The notes beneath the pieces are model-generated. The model was given only the letters and a program-made list of their open reading frames with translations. It made no database searches and was not told the DNA's origin. From Balanoglossus misakiensis (taxonomy: Eukaryota; Animalia; Hemichordata), in NCBI GenBank assembly GCA_040954595.2, contig CM082596.2, positions 7,890,468 through 7,954,467 on the forward strand: a stretch of DNA of 64,000 nucleotides, read 5' to 3'. Positions 27,201-39,190 of this stretch are shown here, piece after piece (positions within the stretch are counted from its first letter, which is position 1; every line of letters begins with the position of its first letter). Made by a program: the position numbers and the translations under genes.

Positions 27201-30200
27201 ATGGACGTACAGAGGAGGATAAACACATTCACGTTTGAAAGAAATGACAATACTTTTAATTTTACTGATAGTACATAACATCATCATCACCGCTGACAAA
27301 ATGTCGTATGGCGACTGCCACCCCCCCCCCTTTAATGCAACAGTATGCACTGAAGGACAACCACTGACTCTCGGTGACTTCACTCCAATGCACAATGACC
27401 GCTTACATGTATCGTTATTACAGTGAGACTGTTTTTTGAGCGATTTGTGTTGGGACAGCCTTGGTTCTTGCGTGTGTGTACATGGGCGTGAGTGTACTTT
27501 GCGCATGCAAGGCCGCGGTGTACAATGGGAAGTTCCTTGGGCGCGGTCACTGATCGAGTTCACCTAAATACCAGCCGTCAGGTAACCGGGTAACGTCTGC
27601 AGTCGGTCTCTGAAATGCCGCCTCTTTGTTATTTGGGGGGGGGGGGGTACAATGGGGCCTGCCTATACCCTCTTGTCAGTGTCACCGTTATCGTGTGTTT
27701 TCTGGGGTCATTTCTGAAGCTTGTTTGCTTAAGCCCATTGATCACTGCAGATTTACACCACTTTTTTGCTGCTTTCGACATTGTGATTATGCTGTCCGCC
27801 TAGAGGCAACACTGCTGAGCACGAATTTGACTATGATCATCAAAATCTTGATATATTTTTTTTGAGTATTTTCCCCGATTTTACAGACGTTTTAGAGGAA
27901 AGCTATTTACAAAGAGGTCTTAAATCGAAGTATCGCATCTTTGCGTCAGTACCACCATCAAAATCGTGCCCCATCCTCACGTACCAATAGCAGCGCAAAT
28001 ATGCAGATATCGTACGCCAGGGTTATCAGAATCCAACGGGAACCTCACAGTAATTTAAACACGCTTTGCGTCGAAGGTCAAGTTCTCTCACGCCTACTTC
28101 GTCGTATCTGAGATACCCTTGCCGTAGCCAAATACAAGTACATGTACCCTGGCCTGTGAATTTTGACGCATGCTGACCTCGTTGGGTATGATGCATATCT
28201 AAACACATCGTACATTTCTGACAATAAACCATTTTTTATCGACAAAACGAACGTTGATATCATCGTTTATACGTTACATTCAACAGGTGGTTCCGAAAAT
28301 TAATGTCACGGTCTTATCAGTTTCTACAGTTTCATCCATGATTGTCTTAAAATGACATTTTTCGGTCGTTATCTTTATTACTTTCGAATCATCGTGTCCG
28401 CTGTTGTTTACATTCGTTTGTTGTCAACACGAAGTGCGCACGCACGACTCCTGTTTGGGTCTTGCAGCACGTGCACAAGTACACGACTACTTCTTCCCGC
28501 GCAACCCCGACGAATACACATTGGAAGGACTGGGCCCTAAATGGCGTTGTGTATACTTCGGTTTTGTCAGGTTTTCTCGTGTTTGTTCTGTCTATCCCAT
28601 TAATTTTCGCAATTTGCGCAAATTGATCGCTGTTATCAATTATCCCGCTGCAATAAACCGATTAATTTCTTCAATGTACAGATCGCGTGGGCCTTGAACC
28701 AATTTACAGCACGGGACGCGCGGTGGCCATAAATTTTCAAGGAGAGATTCGAGGGCTGTTCAAAACTTTGATTTTGACCCCAATCTCTCGTAAAAACTGT
28801 GAATGTTCACGCACAGTGGAACGATTAAGAGGTTATCTAATCGAAATACAACTGGCAAACAGCCTTGCCCAGATCAAGTATTTGCCCTTTTGGCCAGCAA
28901 AATGTGGCAGCCTATCGAATCGATAGTCACGTGATCAGACGGCGCGAACAATAGGCCACAAAATTAAACATGGTTGTATTGGCGGGTTGCTTCCCAGAGC
29001 GACCGTTCAGAGCCCAAACCCCCAGTCGTTCAGTCGTGTTTTGTTTGTTCAGGTTTCAAATCACTGAGACCGCACCACCAAAACCAAAAAGGAAGATAAA
29101 TAGTTGACGGAGGGGACGAACCATCTAATATTGGGGGGAGGGCGCTACTACAGATATGTAACATCAATTTAATTTGCTAATCATGCCACCCGCTTAATAG
29201 ATAAATTCAAAAGGGGGAAATTGTTCTCTGTCGATTTCCTTCAAGTTTGCCGCCAATGAGGACAAACTCGATTCGAACAACCCTCCCCCGAAAGTCTAGC
29301 TAGCCCTTAAAGGTGGACCTTACCCACCAAAGCTATTGCCAGTCCACCCCAACACATATTTCATGGTTTGTCCCTTCAACTAACTTCTATAGTGATATAC
29401 ATTACTAATATCAGCATCAATACTTCTGAGGTACATGTACCTTTAAAGTTGTATCGTAGTTTGATATCTACATAAGCGTGTCTTCCCTATAGTTGCTGTC
29501 TATGGGTCAATACTAAATGCATACGATCTGAAATACCACGACAGAAATAGCCTAGAAGCCTCTTATCGCAAAATCTCAATGATTAAACCCATAATGGCGT
29601 GCAAAAATCCGGATCAATAAAATAAAAGTCACGCCACACACACAAAAAAATATTTTCGGTGGCCTTTGGTATTCCAGGGTCATCGCACTCTAAAAAACAA
29701 TGACAAAACAATAACCCTGTATGTGATAATTAACAATTGGTTTTGTTCGTGTTAAACTGTCGGTCGCCACTTCACTGTCCTCACACTGCCAATCAGCAGG
29801 CAGGGCTAATGATTTAACAACCAGTATATCTATGTGTTCATAGTAGAAGTCAACAACGGGTAATACATGTACAGCTTTTGGGGCACACGGTTTCATAATT
29901 GTATTGATATTGCAAAAATGTTTTCCTGTTTGAAGAAGTTATGACGTCATATGAGATCGCCAACAGCGTGAGCCTTCTCGCCACGAACCCCCCGCCCGAT
30001 GCTCTTACATAAATTTGACAGTGGATATATCTTAAGTCAAATAATGTATACACGGTTCAAGAGTTGTAACTGCTATGCTGCTATCAGATCCAATTCAATT
30101 CAACACTTCGTGTTTTGTGATCTGTATCTGTCGATATTCAACTAAACACACCTTCTCTATCAGCTTGATCTGAAATCAAATGGAATAACTTTGATCAATA

Positions 30201-33200
30201 TGCCAATGGAAAAACAAAAGGTAGATGTGAACCTAGCAAAAGTCTATAGTAAAACTAATGCGAGAACCAGGGATTGGAAATTGTCCCTTTTACGTAATCG
30301 GTCGGCGCTGGAACCGAACATTGCCGAGTAGGTGTATCAGTGTCCAATCGGATTAAAATCAGATGTGCAGTTAGGTTGCGTTTTGGTTGTTCTGTTCTCT
30401 CGGCTTTGGCTGTTCTGTTTTCTGTCTTGACTGTTCTCGGGTGTACAGACAGCCAAGAATCAGCAAAGGCAAAAACGGCGCCCTTCTGTACATTTGATTT
30501 TAATCAGATTTGTATACGCCACACGTATCATCCGTACGGCCGAGGGACGGTAAAGATTGCAGCATTGGTATACACAGAAGCATTTGATTTTTGAATTCCG
30601 AATTTTAAGATTTTGAAGAAGTCTCGGTGGTCATAGAAGCGACTGTCTGATCTGCAACACACGGTCTTTGGTCAGTTAGTGTATAGAACTGATTGTTATT
30701 TATCAGAGCTCCGAAGAAACGTGTTTGTATGATCAACGCAATAGTGTTACATATACTTATAACTGTTATTGTAATACTAACAATAAATTCAAATTCTGAT
30801 ATCTATTAGATTTCGTAGTGAGTAGAAAGACGTGAATAAATCATAAGAAAGCAAATCACAGTAGCGTTACAGTGATATCGCCATTGGCATTGTCGTATCT
30901 TATAACTTTAATATCACTCTTCAGAAGAAATCTCTTCTAATAAGACTACTTTGACCTTTCGGAGATCTCGCATATTACGAGATAACGGAGATAATCCCCG
31001 TCACGGTGAAATAGATATCTTATCAGTACACCGATATCACAATGCAGTACAATGTATCGTGGCATGTCTGAACACTACGCAAATTTATTGTGAAACGTAT
31101 CTCTCCCCCCCCCCCAACGTAATCAGCGTGATAAATTCATCTTTATCTTCAAAGAGACGTGTTTGCAACTTATCTCAGTGGATAGAGATTTACGTCTGTC
31201 TGCTGGGGACTGCTAGAGGCGATGTGTTTGTTTTCAAACCACTCGAAACGGGCGTGTCCCGCATAGAACAGTCAAACACGTGAATAAATATCTGAATTCT
31301 GCGCTTTGGGGGAATACCCCACCACGTCACCTCAAAAAAAGAATTCTACGCGAATTTTACGCCTAACTCGAGTTGTTTGTTTGTTTACCGCTTGTGGGCG
31401 AACATCGATATACTTGCGTCATTATTATAATAAATTATTCGTTTGATTGGTTTAGTAAGTCCCTCACCCCGATGCCAGACATGCAGATTAAAATGAATTA
31501 ATTGTGAAGTCGGTATTTGTCTGTGGGTGTACCCATTTTCCAGTGATACTACCGTACATAAAAAAGATCAAACATTACAGCTTAGTCTATTATAATTAAA
31601 TTCGTTTGATTTTTTCCATATTATTGATAGCTATTTACTTAGAACAGACAAACATGTAACAACTCGCCTTGTTCTAACGGTATGGCATTAGCATGCAGAA
31701 AAATTGGCAAATATGGCCGGTCGTTCACATTGATGATAGACGGTTCAGGTGATTTCGGTTGCTGAAAGCACTGACACGGCCTAATGACTTATTGATTTCT
31801 AATTCAGTTTCTGGTCGAAGCCTGCGACTCGCCGCCCAATAATTAAGCATAGCAGAAAAAAATTGAATGTTCGATAGCTTTTCTTTGCTGCCTATGAAAC
31901 GCTGATATTGTTCACAACATTGTTGATAGATTAGGGACAATACATGTGTGACGCGCAGGTACGACACACACACGCACTCGAACTCTGGCGTGGTATTGCT
32001 ACCAGTGTCTTTAAAAATCTGACCCGGGCTGTCAGTTTTATTAGCTTGATATTGCAATTACCTGCCCGGGTCATGACCCCATCAATCAGCCGTGGACCTT
32101 CAACGCGAACGGTCTACTGAGAGCACACGCCCGTTTTCAGCCCCACTTCCGCGGGAGAACTTGCCCGGCCTTTAATACTTCCAGGGTAAGTACGTCGCGT
32201 CGTATCGCGATTCCCCTCGGTGATAAATTGGTTATCAGTGTACTACGTACGTTCCTAATTCACCAGTCAATTTTCCCCTGCACACATTGTACTGCCAGCA
32301 ACATCTTGTATCTTTGACGCGGTGAGACTAGTACTGAAATCAAAATGATTTTATGAAATTTAAATTTTATTGGGCTGCGCTCACTTCATGACTTTGCTCG
32401 GGGGGTGAACTGATATTCGGCACGTGAACCAGAGGGCGGGGTGCAGCTCATATTCCACTCGCTTAGCATCGTTGGCATGTCTTATATTAATCTATGTATA
32501 TTAGGTCATATACACGTCCAAACCCCGTCGGTCATGTTGCTCTAGAAGTTTTTTTTGAAGTGCGTAGCTTTTGATAATCAGACCAGATCAAGCTCAAATA
32601 CCCCTGGGCGTGGGGGCTTTGGAGATAGGCGAGTGTGAGATCGTTCACGTGATGATTTTTCCCATGGGATGATATTTAAGGTAGCTCGCCTGTAGATGCG
32701 ACAAAGTTAGCTGAATATACCAAATGCCAAGTTTGCTTGTCGGATACAAAAATATAACCTGTTTGTTGATGTAACTCTAGGCTACATCAACGGTGTCTTA
32801 ACGGTGAATCTTGTATTCTCCAGATTTATTTAAATTTATTGACTGACTGACTGACTTGCGTGCTCATTCATTCATTCATTCGTTCGTTCGTTCGTTCATC
32901 CGTCCTTCGTTCATCATCTAACTGCTATATGCCCACGGAAATTTTTATGCTAATTTCTAATGGAGAAACGCTTATGAAAGTATATATTTCGATCCCGTAT
33001 AGTCCTACTGTGGGCCATCTCATCGCAACTAGTATCCTCAAACTAAACGTGCAAATCAAACCGTTTGCCACCAGTACCTTGAATGGCGTCTCCAGTTCAA
33101 AACAGTGGCGCGACACATTTGGTCGCAAACAATATTTTTGACTCCATGCACGGGGGTTCAGAGGTCATCCCTCGCGCCCCGTCATTGTCTTGTCGTCTGA

Positions 33201-36200
33201 AGTAGCCACATATTTGACATTGAGATTTTCAGTCGCCCATAAGAACAAATAAAAGCTGTCTTTTAGGGGGTGTGTCCTCGATAGTAAGGGCACAACACGC
33301 TCAAGGCCGGTCGTGGACGGCGTGCGTGGATCAGAAACAATAGCCGTTGTTTTCTCAAAAGAACAGGAAACGTCTTTGTTATGTAAAGCATTTTGCAAAT
33401 ACTGCCAGCCGGCTGTGTTGAACGACCACACATTCGTGATGTTCGGACAAGTTTTGGTTCTTCTTATTCAATTCGCGCCGTTATGATCTCTCACCGCGAC
33501 TGGGTCGTTTGCCGCTTTTGGGATCCTCCACCTATGAGAGACCTCGATTCCGCTCTGTCTGACATGTAAGTTGTAACTTGTAGTTTTATTCTGTCGGTGT
33601 TTGGGTAAGTTTTTTTTTGTTTTGGTTGTCGAACAAGTCTGTCGGGTTTTGGGCGTACGTGATGGTCATTGAATGAGGCGTCTTTCAGACAACCCGTCAA
33701 GGTGTTCGATCTGCTGCTTCGGTCCGAACCCGGTAAATCTGTAAATCATCGCTAAATTATCACCCTTCCATTTTGCTTTTCTTCGATCAAAGTCCCTAAA
33801 CTAAGACCTGATGTAGAATGATGCACATTTTTATAGTTTTAACAGACTATTCGTGATTGTGGAGTGAAAATTGTGTTTTTTTTTACGTATAACCCAGCAG
33901 TTTCGAGACAGTTTTGTTGCATACCTGCGCGGTATACGGATCAGCCGATAGGGTCAAAGGTTGACAGGCGGGATTTTAGTGCCCACGCCTTCAAATCTGA
34001 TCAAGAAGCTCTCCACACATAAAACGGATAAGATATGACCACAGTCCCTCAGTGTGTAAGGACCGTGGTATATAACACAGGCGTAGGCTTGCACTGAGGT
34101 GAAATGAGACGCGCAGAGACGTGTCCGCGAAATAGTCTGGTACCAGCGTAGGCAACAGCGTAAAAGTGTCGGTCGCACATTATGCATCACCAATACTTCT
34201 ATGGTTCTGATCGTACAGTGTAGTACAGTATTGCACCGAAACGAACACTGCTATTTATATTTGACGACGAGCAGGATCGTCGGATCGAGATAACAATCAG
34301 TAAGTAGAATACTATAGTAGTAATGTATGATATGCAGCACTAGTGTAGAGGATGCGATGTACAGTTATTACGAAATGAGGTTGAACCCCAAATCGGGCGT
34401 TAACGGTTTTATCGTACAGAGCCTACATGTATATGTCGGGATGCTAACGGTTTTCTTTATCAATGTATTTGCGTGTTGTAAATGTGTTAGGTGTGTAATA
34501 TCTCATACGTTTCAATTTCAACAAGTTAAGGGGCAAAAATCACACAGGGAGCTAAGATATTCTAGGAGAATGAGATTCGCAAACTTTAATAACGGTAAAT
34601 GCCGACGTAGGCATAGCATGATACGCGCAAATATGTGATGTGCGTTGATTTACAAACTTCTAATAATACACGCATTTGTGTTTTCCTCTATCCTGCAGCT
34701 GTTTAGACTAGTAATAGTAGCTATCCTCGAGATTGTTGCCCAACCCAATTCTCTTGATTGCTTTTATGATACAGAAATATTCGCCACCTGTCCTTGGCAT
34801 GAAATGTAATAATGATCAAAACACCCCATAAAAATAATGTAAACACGATGACATTTCCTGGTGGCTCAAAGGACATTAGCGTGTGCTTAGTCTCATTGTC
34901 CGAGGAGCAGAGACAACCACACCGTCTGTTGGTCGTTCACCATCATGTATCCGGCTACACGCTAACACCTGTACCCGGAAAATGTTAGCTATGTCACAGT
35001 CTCTGAAGAAAGGGAGTGTGTGGAGTGACTGAGGATATATCAATGCAAATATATAGGGCATCTGGAACACCGTTGTTCATAATTGAAGTTTTTAAACTTG
35101 TCTGTCCCACAAGCCACACCACACAGTGAATCGAAAATGGATATCTCTAGTCTGCACTTTAATTCTCTGGCAGGGAAAGGTTGGTTCTGACGACGAGATA
35201 GAAAACAAAAGAGATGTATTTTTGGTCTTTCGCAGGAGGTGGGCCACTACTTTCTCTCGCGAGAGGGACCTACACTAAACACGAGTGGGCCCGCCCACAC
35301 ACCTAATCCCTAAATCCTCTTAAATGTATATTGTGAAAGTTCAATGACATTCCTGTCCAAGTTCTAAGTGGCAGCAGCCATGCGTTGAGCCCTCACCCAT
35401 CCATTGCTATGGCGCTCTTAATGAGCCGCGTCTGAGTCTTGTGTTTACTGAGCAAGGATGACGTCCGTGTGACGTCAAAGGTTAATTGGCTTAGCACGAA
35501 AAATCAACCCGACAGTTATTAAGAGACAAATGCGGCTACGAACAAAGGGGGAAGGGGTACTTAGCGGGCTTTCTCGCAGTCCGCTATTTGTCGCCCGTGA
35601 GGAAAACGTCTAATCCCTCAAAAGTTACTTCAGTTTAAATTTACAATAGCAAATTGCATGAAACTTGCGTTACGTCAACATTTTCTTTTCCCCTTTTTTC
35701 AGCCAACCCAGCGTTACTAGACAAGGGAGTCTACCCGATCTCCGGGAAACTTCGGACTTTGTGGCCGACCATGAAACGAAGGAAATGTTGGATCTTCGAG
35801 ACGAGATGCTGAATTTACATTTCAAGCCGAGTTACAACTCACCAAGGAGTGCCTGGTCGGCTGGTACTAGTCGGGAAGAGTTGGATAGATACAGGTTACA
35901 GGTAGGACATTCCAACTCTTTTTAGTACAGTGCTAATTTAGTGTAGGCTGTCATGCAATCTGATTAAAATCGGCTTTAGGCGGCGTCTTTGCCTTAGATC
36001 AAGTTGTTTTGGGACGAGACGCACCACTCGAATACGATGCACGGAGACCGGTTATTCTCCAATGAATGTTGCCCTCAACCTATGACATTTTCCCCCCTTT
36101 TGTTTTTATTACCAATAACCTATGATTGGCGCATTTTCCGAGAATGCATGAATTTGAAGCCCTACAAATTCAGTTTTTTCTTTGATTTTAGCAAGCGAAA

Positions 36201-36582
36201 ATGCGTGACTTGTGGTTTGTGAAAATGACTCCTATTGGCTAACCAACCCCCCAAGTGACGTGATATAAGCAAAAATCACCCTTTTGGTGACCTTCATATT
36301 TGTCTTATTGTTTTTTCACAGACACCTCAAACACCGAACGTTCAAGCCGTGAAACCACAAACGCCGTTGACGAACGGAGAAGTCAATCACAATGACGTCA
36401 CAAAAACGCCCAAACCGCCAGAGAGCCCTAAAAATGGACTCAGAGTCATAGGACGAACATTGCCCATGCCGCCGACTAAACCACCACTCAACAACATCCA
36501 GGCGCGCCATCTGGTCTCAAAATCCCCGAAGGCGCCGTCGCCAGGGTTACAAGGCCGGTCGGGCGTAGTGAACGGACGTTAA
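21278..36582 (+). CDS. Uncharacterised small, probably disordered Pro/Ser/Thr-rich protein (about 154 aa); first coding exon tentative
   Basis: Two well-defined exons: 35703-35901 (ttttttcag|c caa ccc...tta cag|gtagg) and 36322-36582 (ttttttcacag|aca cct...taa), joined in phase 0. The phase-2 acceptor at 35703 fits ATG AG|gtacgt at 21278-21282, giving MSQPSVTRQGSLPDLRETSDF... No recognisable domain. Confidence 0.5.
22220..22443. mobile_element. Putative MITE bounded by CAAGATGGCGGAT / ATCCGCCATCTTG inverted repeats
   Basis: 13-bp perfect inverted repeat; only one copy seen in this window. Confidence 0.4.
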
Positions 36583-39069
36583 TGTTATGTTCTGTGTCCC
36601 GCCCTTTTTTTCTCAGCGACAGATATTTGTAATGCGACTGTAATATTGTACTAGATTTGCTAGTACCTAACTACAACTCTTTTGTTTGACCGCTGCACGT
36701 GCCAGTTTTACACCGAACTACATGTACACTCCCGCGCATATTCAGTGGAGGAAAGAATTTGACAGCTTTGCTCGCATACAGCACCACACCACCGATTTGA
36801 AAGGTGAACAAAAATAAAATGGCCGCTGGGCTCCCGACGTCGACACGGGACCATAATGCGTTTTCAACACACAACGAAGGAAGACCGTTCTCTCGTGGCA
36901 GACGATAAACACATCCGTCGCGGCCGGATTGGCGCTGTATTGCGAGTAGATAAAACACAAACACGTCAACGAATGCTTTAATCTGTGATCAATTCAGAAA
37001 CACCCGAAACCATTTTACAGGTTTTTCACACCGTTAATATTTTTGTAAATAGATACACTGTGTCCACAGATCGATTTCAGATTTCAAGTAGTGTAGATTA
37101 GTCCGTGTTTCACGTAGATAGGCTAGACTTACTACCTTGTTTTTGTGGAAAACTTTCAACGTCCATTTTTTTAGATTAGTAAACGACCTCGACTTCGATG
37201 TCGAATCGTCGGCCCGCAAGCATCACCGTCCAAGTATTATTAAAACGACTTCCAATAGTTTTTTTGCCGATATATAACGTTGAACGCTGAACAGCCTCTA
37301 ACCAGCCAAAATTGTCTGATAAATGATAGCGTAATTGTTCCAGTGACCCGGAAGCGCGCGAGCCTATAACTTGTAGACTTGAATTGTACACGTACATGGA
37401 CAAACCAAATTGTTCGTAAATATATGAGTCTTACGCATGCGTGTACCACCAATGCAGAAAAAAAAATCATCTCTATAAAGACAAAATCATTCAAGTTTTC
37501 CATGACACTCGACTTTATGTAAAGGTATAATATGAATATTCATGAGCCACGTAACCCAATAAGCACAAGGCCCGACCTGTAATGATGAATACATTAGATT
37601 GCGGATTTTGAGCATTCCAACGTCAGGAGTTTCACGACAAAGAAATTGAGTTTTGTTTGAATCGAACACTCAAAACATTCTCGTAGATGTAGTTTCTAAC
37701 CAATATTTTGCATATAGTAGGGCACCTCTGCATCGTTTCTAAAGCCAAAAAGCACGCGCGGTGCGCGATGCATTTCTGAAGTAAAATTATAAAAAAAACC
37801 TCCGTGTAGAATAAATGTACGGCAGATGATAATTTAAGAAGGAAAAGTGACATTTTTCGTGTTTCAAGCCTCAATTCATTTACTATAGCTCTTTTGGAAG
37901 TTATTTGAATTTTGAATTTCCTGTATTTGTTGTTTTAAGTAGGATTTAGCATAGTTTAAGCCTGTGTTAGTGCCGTGTGTATCTCCTTGTGGTTGCTATA
38001 CCAACGCAATACGGGTACTAAAGATGGTGGTAGCGAGTGCAGTTAAGAGTGTTTTGTATTATAACCATAGAGACGATGATAGCTTTGCTTTGAGCAGCGT
38101 TGGACTTTCTAGATCTGTATGCATGTTCGATTTGTCGTCACATGTGGAGGATAAAAATCATCTTTATACTCGATGCGTGTGTTGTCTTTGTCTTTGGCGC
38201 CTGAAATTAACTCGAAATAACGCTGCTGTGCTAGACGATTACTTTTGCCAATCTTTTTCAACCGGGCCGGGAGTTTTCTTCTCTGTACCAACAACCCTGC
38301 GTTTAAATTGCTACAGCAAATGTCGAGTGAGTTATAACAGCCGCTCAGAAATTAGAATGTTGGGACATTGGTTTTACCTTATACAGTCTAGTTTGACACG
38401 TGGTACGTAATACCGACTGGGGCGATCACTGGTGCACGTACGGCGCCCATGGAAAGTTCTGTCTTTTGGTCTATATTCGCCTGCGGGCGCTCTAACAGTT
38501 TGGCTATGTCAGCCGAAAATGACTCTGACACCTATTCACCCCGTGTACGTATTCCATCTATTTTAATATGCAAACAAAACGTATATATTCAACTTAATTA
38601 AGAGAATTATTGTTACATCCCATATAACATAGTGTGTCAAAACATATCGGCCCTTAATAGCTCCAGGGTGTATGGTCAAAGTTAGAAAATTGCCACACAC
38701 TCAGATAAAGGTGGTTTGATTTCAGAAGAAAAGCTGTTTTATTTATCATTTTGCAACAAGAAAATTATGTTAAGTGTCAACTTTCATTGGTCATTTCTAA
38801 ATCCTGTGCTGTATAACATATACTGTAGATACATGGTTAAAAGTAAATAACATTCCACACGTCATTAGAAAAAGACGGCCTGTCGGTAAATATGGTGACT
38901 ACATAGGCCTATTATAAAGTACTACAATTCACTCTGTGTTCGATCGCATATTAGTACCGCATATATTTGCATAATATTTTTTGGTCCTTGCATATTGGGT
39001 TAAGTCGATTATTTGAGATCATGAGGCAGAATGCTAATTAAAGTTTCGAAAAGTCATTGAAATTTATAC

Positions 39070-39190
39070 CATACTAATTATTTTATGTTGGTCAAAGGTC
39101 AACTAGCATTCGGTCAGTGCCATTTTTTCATACCAATTATTTTATGTTGGTCAAAGGTCAACTAGCATTCGGTCAGTGCCATTTTTTCAT
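39070..39190. repeat. 59-bp-period tandem duplication spanning the stop codon of the protease gene
   Basis: catac(t/c)aattattttatgttggtcaaaggtcaactagcattcggtcagtgccattttttcat occurs twice. Confidence 0.9.

Noticed and set aside
25936-32185. Exon-like stretches at about 26030-26190 (NYKTSEFPGCNNV), about 28468-28550 (VHDYFFPRNPDEY) and 32045-32185 (HDPINQPWTFNANG)
   Set aside because: Splice sites are incomplete or the phases do not chain into the 35703 exon. They could be UTR or alternative exons but cannot be supported as CDS.
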